The translations under genes were made by a program, and so were the position numbers. From positions 5,216,001-5,280,000 of the forward strand of contig OZ001293.3 of the NCBI GenBank assembly GCA_963921275.4: a stretch of 64,000 nucleotides of DNA. The letters are read 5' to 3'. Under the pieces are notes generated by a model. It searched no databases, was not told the DNA's origin, and was given only the letters and a program-made list of their open reading frames with translations. This DNA comes from an uncultured Hormoscilla sp. (GTDB taxonomy: Bacteria; Cyanobacteriota; Cyanobacteriia; Cyanobacteriales; Desertifilaceae). Shown piece by piece: positions 22,515-36,501 of this stretch. Within the stretch, counting starts at the first letter, position 1. Each line of letters starts with the position of its first letter.

Positions 22515-23300
22515 ATGGAACGACAACGATATATAGTGCGACTCAGCTCCCAGGAGCGGCAGGAACTGGAAAACATTGTTAAGAAAGGCAAGGGCGGTGC
22601 CTTCTTGATACGACATGCGCAAATATGGCTCCACAGCGACGCCAACCGAGAATGCAAGTCTGTAGAGACGATTGCTCAGATGCTGCATTGTCATAAGAAT
22701 ACAGTGTCTGAACTGCGCAAACGGTTGGTGTCTAAGGGCTTGGCAGCAGCGCGGCAAAGGAAGAAACTCCAGACACCACCCAGACCACGGCTTTTTGATG
22801 GCGTGATGAATCGCACTGGCCTGTAGCACACCGCCGGAAGGTCGCGTCCGTTGGACATTGCAATTATTAGCAGACCGCGTTGTCGAGATCGACATTGTAC
22901 CACACTGCACCGCCAATACAATTCATGAGGTGTTAAAAAAAACTTGCCTCTTGCCCCCATTTACGCGAATGCTGGGTTATCCCGCCGGAAGAGGACGCTG
23001 ATGAAAGTAGCGGCGATGGAAGATGTGCTCGATATTTATCAACGTCCTGATGATGCCAAGGTGCCTGTTGTCTGCATGGATGAACAGCCAGTGCAACTGA
23101 CCAAAGAAACCCGCATCCCACTGCCGCTGGAGCCAGGAAAACCCACAAGGTATGACTATGAATAGGAACGCAACGGCACCGCTAGCATCTTCATGTTCTG
23201 TGAACCTCTGTCGGGAAAACGTACTGTCGAAGCTCATGAACACCGTACTATGACTGATTGGGCGCCGCAAATCAAACATCTACTTGATGTAGACTTTGCT
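22515..23300 (+). mobile_element. IS630-family transposase pseudogene
   Basis: YIVRLSSQERQEL, VVCMDEQPVQL, RYDYE* and FCEPLSG fragments over several frames. Confidence 0.85.
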
Positions 23301-23373
23301 CCTTGCGGTTCTGAGGGAATAACTGCTTCCATACCTCGCGATTTCATCAATCAACTCATTACAGTCATAACCT

Positions 23374-23851
23374 CTATCTCCAATTACTCTTTCTCCTTGT
23401 TGCTCCTGTAATAATGGCAAAATTAACATCGTGAATTTCTCCTGATGTCAGAGTAAAATCTAAAGGGTTCCCTAACCCATCGCTAACAGCATGAATTTTA
23501 TTAGTAAATCCTCCTACAGATCTTCCCTTAGCTTGATTTGCTCCCCCCTTTGCTGGCACAAGGATGACTTCTAATTACAGTGCGCTCTATTAATAGATTT
23601 TCTAAATTTATATCCTCAATACAATTTTGATAGAGACTGTTCCAGATTCCTTTGGCACTCCAACGGTTAAATATGCATAAAAACACTATTCCCTTTGCCA
23701 TATTGTTCGGGTAATTCTCTGTGCGCCAGTTCTCATTATCCATAAGACTCCATTGATAAATTTTCTGATCTTCTGTTCCCAGGTATATTGAACTCTGTCC
23801 TCTCAAAAATACTAATATTTTTTCCCAAGTTTTTCCTTGTATTTCTTGCAT
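23374..23851 (-). mobile_element. IS5-family transposase pseudogene
   Basis: GRSVGGFTNKIHAVSDGLGNPLDFTLTSGEIHD and FNRWSAKGIW fragments. Confidence 0.8.
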
Positions 23852-23939
23852 ATTTAATTTGGCGATATTTTTTATCCATTAAACAGAATATATTATAACA
23901 GCAATCGCTCTTTTTGTCAAGCCAAATGTCTACAGAACC

Positions 23940-24290
23940 TATACCACCCCGTTCGACCAATAGCTTATCCCTTGATCCTCCCACTTCTGTCTCCCACTAG
24001 GAAGATTCTCGATGCTGATCTCGGCGTGTAATTGCTTGTTTATGTCGGCTGACGCTGCTTTTGGATAGACCGGTTGCCGATGATATTGCTCTGATAGTTT
24101 TGACACCCTCTTTCTGGAGACATTTGGCAACTTTTTGACACCGTTCACGCAAGCGTAAGACTCATCGTTCCCGAGAAGAAGATTTACAAGGGATACGATA
24201 CCAATCCCTGTGACCTGTCGCAGGGATTGGTTCAAAAGTGCTTTTTTATACACATCTTACCGAGATTTTTTGTCCCGCTTTATGTTGGTA
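23940..24290 (-). pseudogene. repeated degraded ORF (DUF6399-like, probably transposase-related); second copy near 54540-55260
   Basis: nucleotide similarity to 54915-55250; alternative frame reads SSVSRHKQAITRRDQHRESS*WETE. Confidence 0.55.
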
Positions 24291-24720
24291 GCCAATAGGA
24301 CATTGTATTTTTTCATTGAGCCAGGGAATTTTAAAATAGCTTACCTGATCAATTAGAGAGCAACTTTCAACAGTTGCGTTGGGAAAATTTAATAATTTAT
24401 CGAGATGAAAATCCATTTCGTAACTCCTCAAACTGTAATACTGTATACATTTTACACTAAAACCCCAGGAGAGCCATACTTTTCACAATTCGGGTCCGTC
24501 CAGCAGTTGTTCCTGTTTTGGTTTCAATAAAAAAATTCCCAATTTCGGGACTGACGCGCTCAATAACTTGTTGGCGCACCGTCTCCTCTATGTCTTCAAG
24601 ACTTTGGAGTTGCTCAGGGGGCGTCTCTTTATACAACAATGCTGCTATAGCGAGAGATATGAGGCTGCTATAGCGAGATATGAGCAAGGAGTTGTTCATC
24701 TACTGATTGGTTCATTGTTA
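24290..24720 (-). mobile_element. adjacent ISL3 (24290-24431) and ISKra4-like (24457-24720) transposase fragments
   Basis: MDFHLDKLLNFPNATVES; AIAALLYKETPPEQLQSLEDIEETVRQQV...GNFFIETKTGTTAGRTR. Confidence 0.7.
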
Positions 24721-25172
24721 TACCTGATAATGAACTTTTACTATACTATGTGGCTCTTCGTGAAATGGTATGCGTTCATTGCCATCGGAATAGCCTAAAA
24801 CACTTGCTTCGTCTAGGGTTGAGGTTGTCGCCGCGCGGGAGCGACTGATCTGCAAGGCACAGGCGTTGGAACCATTATTGGTAAAGGGTTTCAGGCGCAT
24901 TAGCTATGATTTTAGCATACTAGATTGGGAAGAGCCTACTATGTATTAGGGGTCGAGCTGGGAATCGCTTCGGAACCCTCCCATTCGGAACCGGACTTGC
25001 GACTTTCACCGCATCCGGCTACTGGGTAGTAGGTTCTTTGTCAATGGTAGGTAACTTTTGGATTACTCCCGTTGTCCCTTGTCCCATGCGATTTGGCTCC
25101 TTTCCTGGTTGGTGAGTGGCGCTGCCGGATAACCTTTAGTGTCACCATTGTCATGTCCGTTTTACCAGTAAT

Positions 25173-26693
25173 ATTAAACTAAGTAAGGGTGTCACCACTC
25201 CTACTCGTCTTCAGAACCGGACTTGAGACTTTCACCTCATCCGGCTCCTCAGTAACGTCATCCTTGTCATGGATACGGCTATTACTACCATCACTGGCAG
25301 TTTTAGTATCGTGGCAATGTTTGTGCAGCAACTGTAGATTGGGATACCAGTCCTTGCCCCCTTTGGATAGGGGTAGGATGTGGTCTACTTCCCATTTGTC
25401 GCCGTCCCTAAACGTTAGTCCGCATTGTTCACATTTGCCCTTTTGTCTTTTGAGCAGGTTCACGACCCTTGTGCTCAACTCTGGGCTCTTACCTAATCTT
25501 ATGCTCCAATATGGTAGGTTACCGTCGTATGGGCTAGCTGTCCCTTTTACCTTTATTTGTCTGATTATCTCAGTTTCGGCGTGTTTGGTTAGCGTCACCT
25601 CTGTGCTTTTGTCTGTCTTACCTCTGAAACACCATTTAACTTCCTGGTTTACAGACCAGTATTTACTAGCTATCCAGTGGCTTGACTTGTTGGGATGCCT
25701 TCTCTTTGCCCATTGCCATAGTATCTCCCATAAGTATTTATCCATGTTGGCGTAAGTTTCCTTACTTACCACCGTTCTGAAGTAGTTGGCCCATCCCCGT
25801 ATTACCGGGTTTAGCCTGCTAATCAGGGCTGCTTGTGGTGCCGTTTTATGGCTGGTTACGATTTGCGCTAATCGTTCTTTATGCTTCCCTATAGATTTCT
25901 TGCTGGGCTTGACTATGGTTTTGAAGCCTAGGGGGGATTTTACCAGTAACCTTTGGAGTCTGCGAACCATCCGCTCGTTGCCTTCCAGTGCCGCTCTGTA
26001 AATTCGTTTTTGCAACTTAAAGACTACCCGCTCCAGCCGAGGCCAAGGAATATCCTTCCATTCATTCATCGATTCTGAAACCGTGCTCATGACGTATGCA
26101 TTGCTACTTACAACTTCACAATTGACGTTACCGTGAGGGCGTCAGCGTATCCTATCCATTACAGACAGGCGTTTGCTTCTCCACGAAATCTCTCCCAAGT
26201 ATGACCTGCCTGATGAAAGCAGATGTTGCGCCTGTGGTGGCTACTCTACCTATCGACCAGTGGTAGAGAGTGCATACCTGGGTTACTTCGTTCCTCTAGA
26301 TGATTGGTTGTAGTTTTAGGTGGACTCTATATGCCGGGTTTATTGTCAGTGCTTATTGGTCGGTTAGGGAACCGCCAATGACCATTATCCTTTCCCTTTT
26401 GGGTCAGCGTGTAAGCCTTTCCGCTGGTTGATGTGACGACACTTATGAGTTTTCGCTTTCGCTCACCATGACCACTTGCTTGGCGATCACCGATTTAGGC
26501 TACCAGTCAGTGCGCCTTTTAACCCCGCTTTACGGATTGATGCCATCGCTACCGTAGGGGTTACGCTTTCACTCCTGCACCTGGAGGGGTGGGCTTTCAC
26601 CACCATCATCTAAAAGTTGTCAGGGCTAATGGAACCCTGAGTGGTCCAAATTTTTGACTTGTGTCAAGTTATTTTACACTAAACGAATCGCAC
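25173..26693 (-). mobile_element. group II intron encoding an RT-deleted intron-encoded protein (inner intron)
   Basis: 5' GTGCGATTCGTT at 26693; D5 GAGCCGGATGAGGTGAAAGTCTCAAGTCCGGTTC; 3' TTAGTTTAAT at 25173. Confidence 0.9.
25179..26090 (-). CDS. group II intron-encoded protein retaining the N-terminal extension, maturase X domain and HNH endonuclease, RT core absent
   Basis: W..I.W..LERVVFKLQKRIYRA fused to GFKTIVKPSK...LNPVIRGWANYF; CEQC...EVDHILPLSKGG...NLQLLHKHCH; no YADD or PQG motif. Confidence 0.88.
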   Translation of the reverse strand: MSTVSESMNEWKDIPWPRLERVVFKLQKRIYRAALEGNERMVRRLQRLLVKSPLGFKTIVKPSKKSIGKHKERLAQIVTSHKTAPQAALISRLNPVIRGWANYFRTVVSKETYANMDKYLWEILWQWAKRRHPNKSSHWIASKYWSVNQEVKWCFRGKTDKSTEVTLTKHAETEIIRQIKVKGTASPYDGNLPYWSIRLGKSPELSTRVVNLLKRQKGKCEQCGLTFRDGDKWEVDHILPLSKGGKDWYPNLQLLHKHCHDTKTASDGSNSRIHDKDDVTEEPDEVKVSSPVLKTSRSGDTLT

Positions 26694-27199
26694 CTATACC
26701 TCATCACGGACTAGCTTTTGCTATGGTGCCAGTGAAGGGTTCATAACATGTTTAGAGTTACAGTTTCAACCTGAGACTTCCTACTATCACCGACCCACGT
26801 CGGCGTATCCTGGGCATTACCCCAGGCATTTGCTTCTTGGGGGCAGGCTTGGGCTCCCACTCGTGGCTTGCGCTTCACATCTCACTGGTCCTGACGGACA
26901 GCTCACGAGGGGTTCCAGCGCATTAAGCCTTATTTCGCTGGTTGGGTTTAACGAGGTTTACATAGGTTCGCCTGTTCTAGCCATGGACATCATCGAGCGC
27001 GTCCTCACCGGTAAGGGCTACCAGTTATCCTACATTTGAGTTCTCGCTTAGCACCACGACGATGTTATTTCGCAGCACCTCCAACCGGTGTTACCCCCGT
27101 ACCTGGGGAGGGGGAATTAAACCCCCATGATTACCAGAGTTCCTAGTTTCCTAGGCCAGCGTTCCGTATATGACTACGTTAGGCTGGAACTCATCGCAC

Positions 27200-27283
27200 G
27201 GGAATTTAACCCCCATGAATACCAGAGTTCCTAATTTCCTAGGCTAGCGTTCCGTGTTTGACCAGGTTAGGCTAGAACGAATA
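27200..27283 (-). ncRNA. group II intron 5' fragment
   Basis: ATTCGTTCTAGCCTAAC...GGGGGTTAAATTCCC homologous to the first ~90 nt of sibling introns. Confidence 0.75.
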
Positions 27284-28117
<834 letters not shown>

Positions 28118-28273
28118 TGCACTAACCTAGTTCTGTCAAGAAGACGGACAACTATCCGAAAACCGTTCGAGAATTCGCAAATCTTCGCCCAGGTTCTAGC
28201 ATAAGCCAAAATACTCATTACAAAAATGGGATGCACCCATGTGCAACTCCTTCAGTTCCATTCACATATATTA

Positions 28274-29285
28274 ACTCAAGTTGCGACCTATAAAAATTGG
28301 ATACAAAAAGCTATGATAAAGAGAATTATTTTCAACTCTAATCCCTTAGATGTAACAGCATGAATTGACTTGGGAAACAAATTGGTGATTCGACTAAAAC
28401 AGGTTTCAACTTGTTTTCTTGTTACTTTTTGTATATATTCAAAACAAGAAGATTCTTTTCTTTTTGAGTTCTTTTTTCGCAAAGCTTTTAACATTATACT
28501 TGACGACTCTTTTAGTAAATCCTCTAATTGATAATCATTATAAGCTTTATCTCCATAAACTATTGAATTTGATGGTAAGTCAAAGCCAAAAGATTGCAAA
28601 ACTTTAACATCATTATAACTACCAGGATCTAGATAAAATTCTATTGGCTTTCCATTTTTGTTTACCAACATATGAACTCTTAATCCATAAAAATAACGTT
28701 TTTTACTGGCAATATACCCTCGATATTCTTCCTTGTTATAAATTTAGCATCTATCAATCCTAATATTATCACATACTGGCACCGGGAAACTATCAAGAAT
28801 ATATTCTTGACCCGGATTGAGCTCTTTAAATGTTTGAGCTATAACTTGGAAGAAAAACATCCAAATTGCTTCGTCAATATTGTGTAATCGACGATTGAAC
28901 CTACTTTTACTTAACAGATTTTTTATATACTTGTGTTCGACCATAAATTGACAAGAGCGATCGTGGTGTCCTCCGAAAAAATATGCAGCAACTAATCCGA
29001 CTGTCATCACTTCGGCATTGTTCATTTTTACTTGTGGATCTTCTTTTATATTTAACGCTTTTAGTAGCTCGTCACAAAGAACAAAAATTGTTGTAATCAT
29101 ATCTTCCATCATCTACATCCCCCAGCAATTAACTATTATTTTAGTACATTATAACCTATAAACAGCCAACCCGCCGTCTAGCACAAAAAAAATATAATTT
29201 TGTATCAAAAGCTACGAAATATCCCAAATATCTGTAAAGTCTAAGTGGGTAATTCATATTTTTTTTAATAGGTCGCAACTTAGGT
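28274..29285 (-). mobile_element. IS982-family element (1012 bp), transposase with a premature stop
   Basis: terminal IRs ACYYAAGTTGCGACCTA, 7-bp TSD TATATTA; near-identical to 42928-43939 but CAA>TAA after DRC. Confidence 0.92.
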
Positions 29286-29455
29286 TATATTATAACTTAG
29301 CCCTACCCCTCCCACCGTAACTTGCGTCACCGGTCCAACTCACGGTTTGTCCCAGAGGGCATTCCTGTCTGCCCTAGCCACAGAACGCAAAGAAATATTA
29401 AGATGGAAGTGAGCAGAACTGTTCGAAATTGGCCCCACTACTGAGTGAAAAATTC

Positions 29456-30019
29456 ATGACTACTGAAGTACTGGTAGAAAAGAAAAAGCTGGAAAAGCCC
29501 CCCTTACAGATCCATAACTTGGGCGATCGGGTGTTGCGCCAGCCAGCGAAGCGGGTATCACGGGTAGACAACGAGATCCGACAACTAGCCAAAGAAATGC
29601 TGCAAACCATGTATAGCGCTGATGGCATTGGTTTAGCAGCGCCCCAAGTAGGAGTGCTCAAGCAGCTGCTGGTGGTAGACTGTAAACCAGACGAAGCCGA
29701 TAATCAGCCAGTAATTTTGCTCAACCCCAGCATCAAGAAATTTAGCCGCGAACTGTGCCTCTTCCAGGAGGGGTGCCTCAGCATTCCCGGAGTCTTCCTA
29801 GATGTGAAACGTCCAGAAGCAATAGAAGTAGCCTACAAAGATGTGAACGGATGTCCGCAGGCCTTAACCACAACAGGACTGCTAGCTAGAGTAATTCAGC
29901 ATGAACTGGATCACCTCAACGGCATCATGTTCGTGGACAGGGTGGAGAATGTGCTGGCCTTGAACCAAGAACTGGCCAAAAACGGCTTTTCTGCCCAAGC
30001 AGTCAAGCCAGTAGCTTAA
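29456..30019 (+). CDS. def: peptide deformylase
   Basis: GIGLAAPQVG, EGCLS and HELDH motifs. Confidence 0.98.
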   Translation: MTTEVLVEKKKLEKPPLQIHNLGDRVLRQPAKRVSRVDNEIRQLAKEMLQTMYSADGIGLAAPQVGVLKQLLVVDCKPDEADNQPVILLNPSIKKFSRELCLFQEGCLSIPGVFLDVKRPEAIEVAYKDVNGCPQALTTTGLLARVIQHELDHLNGIMFVDRVENVLALNQELAKNGFSAQAVKPVA

Positions 30020-30150
30020 TTTTCACTTCTCTTGGGAAGCATCTCAAGCATGAATTAAGAAACCCGGTTTTTACTGAAAACGGGTTAGAGGGCTACCACT
30101 TCTGTGTAAGTGTACGTACCAATACAGTTCGTTGAATAATAATGATGTTT

Positions 30151-30197
30151 GTGCGATTCGTTCCGGTATAAACCATAAGGTGAAATCCGGGCTGTGT
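30151..30197 (+). ncRNA. group II intron 5' remnant
   Basis: GTGCGATTCGTTCCGGTATAAACCATAAGGTGAAATCCGGG resembles the start of the 31956 and 52738 introns. Confidence 0.6.
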
Positions 30198-30267
30198 CAT
30201 TGACAATACTCCGGACAAAATTAGGAGGCTATGGCCCCGTAGGCAAGCAGGTTCTGGTAGTTCCTTC

Positions 30268-30360
30268 GATGTCTCCTGGTGCTGCCGAAACGTAGGAGCG
30301 CGGTTGAGCACTACCCACGTTTCGGCAGCGCGCTAAAAGCACAGCTGGTGGGGAGACATC
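30268..30360 (-). repeat. two nested mini-hairpin elements (44-bp family)
   Basis: outer arms CGATGTCTCC/GGAGACATC, inner arms GCTGCCGAAACGT/ACGTTTCGGCAGC; both loops carry the reverse complement of GTGC..(TA)GCGC. Confidence 0.65.
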
Positions 30361-30401
30361 TTTGTGAGATTTAATCTTTCCTTGGCTCATACAAAGAAAT
30401 A

Positions 30402-31580
30402 AGTAGTCAGACAAAATTAATTACATAGTTTTCCCCAAATTCTTTGAGAATTTTTTCAACAGATGTAACTAAGGTTTTCCAGCAAGAATAAGCATCGATT
30501 TCAAGCCACGAGTATTTAATAAACTGCCATAAGATTTCAATTAAATTCAAATGAGGGGAATAAGTGGGTAGTCTAAAGAGTGTAATATTGCGTTCCTTCC
30601 ATTCTTCAATCTTATCTTGAATAGCATCACTGGTATGGAAAGAGGCTTGGTCTGCTACAATTACTGTTGGCTTTTCCATTTTGGCGGGGAAAAACGCATC
30701 AATACAAGCGATAACTACATCTGAATTAATACTTTGAGTAGATACATAAGCTTCTAAATGATTGTGTCTATTCATAATTCCTAATACATTTAATCGGCGA
30801 CTACGACGACTAGTAACTTCTATATATTCTCCAATGTTTTGCCATCCATAAGGCACACAAGGAATTAAAGAAAACCCACTTTCATCTAAATAATACAAGT
30901 TGATTTCCCCCAAATCGTCTAACCGTTTCAGTTCAACAAGAGTTGCTTTTTTTTCCTCATACTCTTGAGCTGGCGGGCTGACAGCTACCCCTTTACGCAT
31001 CCGATGCCAACTCATATTCATTGTTTTCAAGATTCTCTGAACAGTTTTAACACTTGTTTCAATTCCCCATTCTTCTTTGATTTTAGCCACCACTTTTTTT
31101 AATTGCCTCGGTTCTTCTTCAGTCCAGGCTTTAATTTTTTCTTTTTGTTCGATACTAAAGGTTTGCTTACGACCTCTTCCCGACTTATTATCTAGTCCTA
31201 CCATTCCCTCTGAATCCCAATTTTCAATCCAATTGTAGATAGTTCTGTAACTAACATCAAAGATTTTCATAAGTTCTTTAACTTTTTTATGTTCTTGATT
31301 GAGCAAAAGTAAACAATGTGCTCTTTGACGAACTTGATGATGGCGACTTTGACGATAAATTCGTAAGAGCAATTTTGCAGAAAGCTCATTTATTTCGCGC
31401 ATTAAAATCATTCTTAATTCCGACTAAATCCCAGTTAGATTATGTCAAATATTACCAGCAGGGGATGAGCGTGAAAACCGACTCCCCGTTAGTTTGACAA
31501 AAATATGCTACATGTACGAGTACCTATATCTAGTATAACAAGTTTTGCCGACTTGGTGCAATTAATTTTGTCCAACTACT
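30402..31580 (-). mobile_element. IS630-family element with intact 334-aa transposase (30407-31411)
   Basis: HTH plus YLDESGF, DQASFH and LPTYSPHLNLIE motifs; IRs AGTAGT..GACAAAATTAATT flanked by TA. Confidence 0.92.
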
Positions 31581-31697
31581 TAAATAAGTTCATGCATCAT
31601 GCAGGGTACATCTCAGTTAGGCGACGAGTAATTATACTTAGTGCAAGTATCCCTCAAAACGGTACATAATTTAGGCACTGTTGACCACCCTTGACCC

Positions 31698-31955
31698 ATG
31701 AACTCCCAAAAGCAGGCTGAACTCCAGCAACATCTTGACGCGATTGCCGCGATTCTCTACCAGGAAGCCGACCCCACTGAACTCACCACCCTTGAAGGCA
31801 TTGAGAAAAACGTTCGTGCGCTTGCCCAAGAACACGTCTGGCCTCAACTAGGAATTTTTTTATCAACCGTACAAGATCTCGCGATGCTGACTGGGGTGAG
31901 CATCTCCCACAGTACGCTCCAACGCTTTGTTCAACGAGAGGACTGGTCTGAGGTA
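31698..31955 (+). mobile_element. ISKra4-like transposase fragment interrupted by an intron
   Basis: QQHLDAIAAILYQEADPTELTTLEGIEK...GIFLS; TGVSISHSTLQR. Confidence 0.7.
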
Positions 31956-32495
31956 GTGCGATTCGTTCCGGCATAAGCCAGTAGGTGAAAGTCGGGTCTG
32001 GCTCTATCAGCCAGATAACTCTGGTTATCATGGGGTTTAAATTCCCCTTCCCCAGGTACGGGGGTCGAGGGTACTACCGGTCGGAGGTGCTGCGGAGTCA
32101 CATCACCGTGGTGTGGAGCGAGGACTTAAATGTAGGATAACTGGCAGCCTAAGCCGGTGACGCCGCTAGGAAAGATGTTAATGGTTAGAACAAGCGAACC
32201 TATGTAAACCTCGTTAACCAGAACCAGCGGAAGAAGGCTTATGCGCTTGCCCAAAAAGGGAAATGGTAGTTAGTATTAGCTCTTGCCTCTGGCTAATAAC
32301 GTACTCAAAGAACTCTCGGGGTATAGTAGGAACCTAAAAGCATCGCGAAATGATACCAGGGAACGGAGTAACCTCTCGTGAGCTGTCCCCATTTGGACAA
32401 GTTAGATGTAAAGCGCAAGCCACGAAGAGGAAGGATGTCCTAAGAAGCTAACGCCCGGGGTAATGCTTGTGGATATGCAGACGTAGGACGGATAT
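31956..32495 (+). ncRNA. 3'-truncated ORF-less group II intron
   Basis: near-identical to 52738-53277; lacks D4-D6. Confidence 0.85.
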
Positions 32496-32512
32496 AAAAC
32501 TCAACTCCGTGG

Positions 32513-32568
32513 CTGTGTCCCTTAACATGCATGAGACGATAGTATCTCATGCATGTTAAGGGACACAG
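32513..32568. repeat. 56-bp near-perfect hairpin element
   Basis: ctgtgtcccttaacatgcatgaga ... tctcatgcatgttaagggacacag. Confidence 0.8.
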
Positions 32569-32724
32569 GTTGCTTGCCCTTGACTGTTGTCTTGCTGTTT
32601 TGGCTTTCCGGACCGGCCGTGAAAGAGATATCTGCTCCTTGCTCTTGTCCCAGGGTCCATGGCTGCGCCAGCCATGGCTCGCCACCCATGGCTGCGATAC
32701 GCGCTAAAGCGATTGTCAATTCTC

Positions 32725-32912
32725 ATGAGCAAAAGCCGAAAGACAAATAGAGACCATGGTAAAAAGACCCAACGCCCAATGGTTGAAGATGAGGTGGTGG
32801 CAGAGCAGCTCGAAGCCTTACTAACTCCCGCCATCATCTCTCAAGAAGCCTATTATCGCCAAATGGGTTTGAGAGATAGAATACTCAACTTACCATTAAT
32901 GGTTGCAGCTGT
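32725..32912 (+). mobile_element. IS4-family transposase N-terminal fragment
   Basis: KTNRDHGKK...QLEALLTPAI...YYRQMGLRDRILNLPLMVAAVL, truncated. Confidence 0.75.
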
Positions 32913-32924
32913 ACTTGCTAGGGA

Positions 32925-33780
<856 letters not shown>

Positions 33781-34179
33781 AGTTAACTTCACAATGCATA
33801 GAGAAAGTGAAAACACTTGGGTCATGCTGGAAAATAAAAGCAGTACTGTCCTCGATGCACGTCTAAGTCTACAATTAAAATTTGGCGAACAAGCCCTATT
33901 TTTTACATAACCTGGGGGGCGATCGCCAGATGTTTAAAAATGCAGAAACCAGAATCATAGCTAGGAAAAGCATGATGAGTACCGCTAGCAGTATTGCAGG
34001 CCAAACTGTGATGCAAGGCTAATTGAGCTGTGAGAATCGTCCCTGGGCCTTGACATCGACTGTACTTTCATAGTAAGGTTGCACAATTACGGGATGATTT
34101 AACCAGATACAGGTATGAAATCATAACGTAAATAGTATAAAAGTAACTTAATTGAAAGCTTTAACATTTATTCGGATTT

Positions 34180-34780
34180 TGAGTAACACAATGTTTTTCT
34201 TTTTAAGCGAGCGAGATAATGTCTTAATCGACAGTTTTCACCTTCAACACGAGTCATGTATGTTTTACTCACTATCTGGTCAATATCTTCAATAAACTTT
34301 GGATATACTGACCAACCATCCGTCACCTAAAAAAATGATGCCTTTTATGATTTCTCACAATGGCTGTTTCTGCCGAACAGTCTCCTAAAGTCCATGCTAT
34401 AATTCCAGGTTGAAAATAATTCACAACTGTCCATAACCACTTTTTATTCTTTTTTTACCCACATAAGTATGTAACTCGTCAATCTCTGAAACCAAGGCGT
34501 ATATCATAGTTTTCGGGGAGAAAAGGCAAAGGTTTAGCTACTTGTTTTATCCAATTTATAACAGTATTATGCTTGACATCTGTGATTCTTTCAATTCCTC
34601 GCCGTTCCCATTAAGGTACATTTTTCGACAATTTTCTTTCACCTCTTTCGGATAACCTCGTGGAGAATAATATTCAATAAACTGGCGACCACAATTTTTA
34701 CAAAGGAAATTTTGTTTACCGCGCCGATGACCATTTTTATTGATTTGTTCAGAACCACATTGTGGACATTTCATATTCAA
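34180..34780 (-). mobile_element. IS1-family transposase pseudogene
   Basis: CPQCGS..INKNG..RGKQNFLCKNCGRQF zinc finger; downstream EIDELHTYVGKK and SKTYMTRVEGEN fragments. Confidence 0.85.
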
Positions 34781-35398
34781 CTCCTTGAAATCATATATCA
34801 GCCTTAATATCCATTATACCACTGATTGGTACTACTGGGTAAAATTAGCTTATACTGATTATAAATTTATGATAAGCTATTGCAGATTATCATAATCTGC
34901 AATAGCTTATCATCCCGTGATTGTGCAACGCCAGCTCGTACATATGCTGGGGCATGGACTAGTAGTCCACACCGCAAATATATCTGATAATATAGCTAGC
35001 CGAGGCAATAACTTGCGTCAGGATTGGCTGAAACCCTTGCCGGGCCATAATTTCAGTGGTGCTCCCTACCGCAATAAGAGCACAAATGTTGGCTAGTGTG
35101 TTATAATCACAGCTAAGTTACAAAAACACAAAACGAAAGAACATGGCCCGACCGACGAAACCGCTCAACCTCATGCCAGAACACTCCCGAACTGCTCTCA
35201 GGGATTGCCCGCAGTCGTGAAACGCCGCACAGGTGGTGCGGACACAGATTGTCCTGAAAGCGGCCGCCGGCGATAATAACAAAACGATTAGCCAAGACGA
35301 CATGTGGGAAGATCCTGTCGGTCTTTGGCGGAAGAGGTGGATAGAGGGTGCCCATGAGGACCGAAAAATTCGCGGGTAAGTCTAAAGAATTGCGGGTA

Positions 35399-35483
35399 GA
35401 TGTTTCCCCTTTTGTGCGACTACGATGTTTCCCCTTTTGTGCGATTAGCGCTCCCGGGAAACATCGAGCTCTCGGGAAACATC
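35399..35483 (+). repeat. two nested 44-bp mini-hairpin elements inside an IS630 gene
   Basis: absent from the homologous IS copy near 60130-60150; inner copy 35423-35466. Confidence 0.85.
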
Positions 35484-36348
35484 GTAGCGGATTGGCAAGC
35501 TAAAGGCAGACAAACCGCGCCCTGGAAGCCCTGGCATATTCAGGGCCGAGCAAGTGTGCCAAATCATTGCTACCGCTTGTGAAAAGCCGCCGGAATACCT
35601 GAGTCATTGGACGCGAAAAGAGTTGGTACACTCAACAGGATTGGCGAGGTATAGCAGAGGAGATAACACCTTCCACCGTCGGTCGTTTTTTAACATCAGG
35701 CAGACCTTAAGCCGCACCGTAGCAAATATTGGCAAAATCTAGAAGTCGAAAACGAAGCAGCTTTTCGGCCAAGAGGTAAGACTTGTGTGCAAGCTCTATC
35801 ACCAAGCCTCCTCGTTACACGCTCAAGGTGTACATGTGGTCAGTACAGATGAAAAGACCGGGATTCAAGCTAGAGAGCGTATTTATCCAACTCGGACAAT
35901 GAAGCCGGGCAAACCTGAAGCCGTAGAATTTGAATATCAATGGCACGGCACTCAAGCATTGATAGCTAATGGAAGAAGAGGCAACGGGCACTCGTTATCA
36001 GTTCCTCAGTAGGACTTACCCGCACCGAAGAAGACTTTGCAGCGCATATCCACTGTGGAAACTGACCCCCAGGGTCAACGGATATTTATTTGCGACCAAT
36101 TGAATACCCACAAAAAAGAAAGTCTGGTTAATCTTGTGCCTGAGTTGAGCGGCATTGAAGAGGCATTAGGTTTGAAGAGGAAGTCGGGTATTCTCCAAAG
36201 CATGGCTTCCCGTGCAGATTTTTGGCAAAATCGCTAGCCTAGCATCCGCGCAAGTGTATACTCCTAAACATTGCTCATAGCTCAATCAGGTGGAAAGAAG
36301 GTTTGGGATTTTGACTCATCGCTTGCGAGAGACGCAGCAACCTCACGC

Positions 36349-36392
36349 CGATGTCTCCCCCTTTGTGCGAGTAGCGCTCCCAGGAGACATCG
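36349..36392 (+). repeat. 44-bp mini-hairpin element inside an IS630 gene
   Basis: CGATGTCTCC...GTGCGAGTAGCGCT...GGAGACATCG; absent from the homologous position near 56610. Confidence 0.88.
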
Positions 36393-36501
36393 AAGGTTGA
36401 AGAACTCATGCATTCGTATTCTCGCATTCATTGATTTCTTTAATGATACCTTAGCTAAACTGTTTCGCTGGACTTATATCGGTAAGCCGTTGCTCATCTA
36501 A

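Larger units (their letters stand above)
24945..27199 (-). ncRNA. ORF-less group II intron (outer intron of a twintron; part of domain I deleted)
   Basis: 5' GTGCGATGAGTTC at 27199; D5 AGCCGGATGCGGTGAAAGTCGCAAGTCCGGTTC and D6 ending CTCGACCCCTAAT at 24945. Confidence 0.85.
34959..36501 (+). mobile_element. IS630-family element (MARPTKPLNLM type), degraded
   Basis: end CTAGTAGTCCACACCGCAAAT; VVSTDEKTGIQA and ICDQLNTHK; homologous to 56471-58073 and 59447-61250. Confidence 0.88.

Noticed and set aside
30198..30267. Possible IS200/IS605-associated guide RNA remnant
   Set aside because: No TnpB or IscB gene nearby and no convincing conserved structure.
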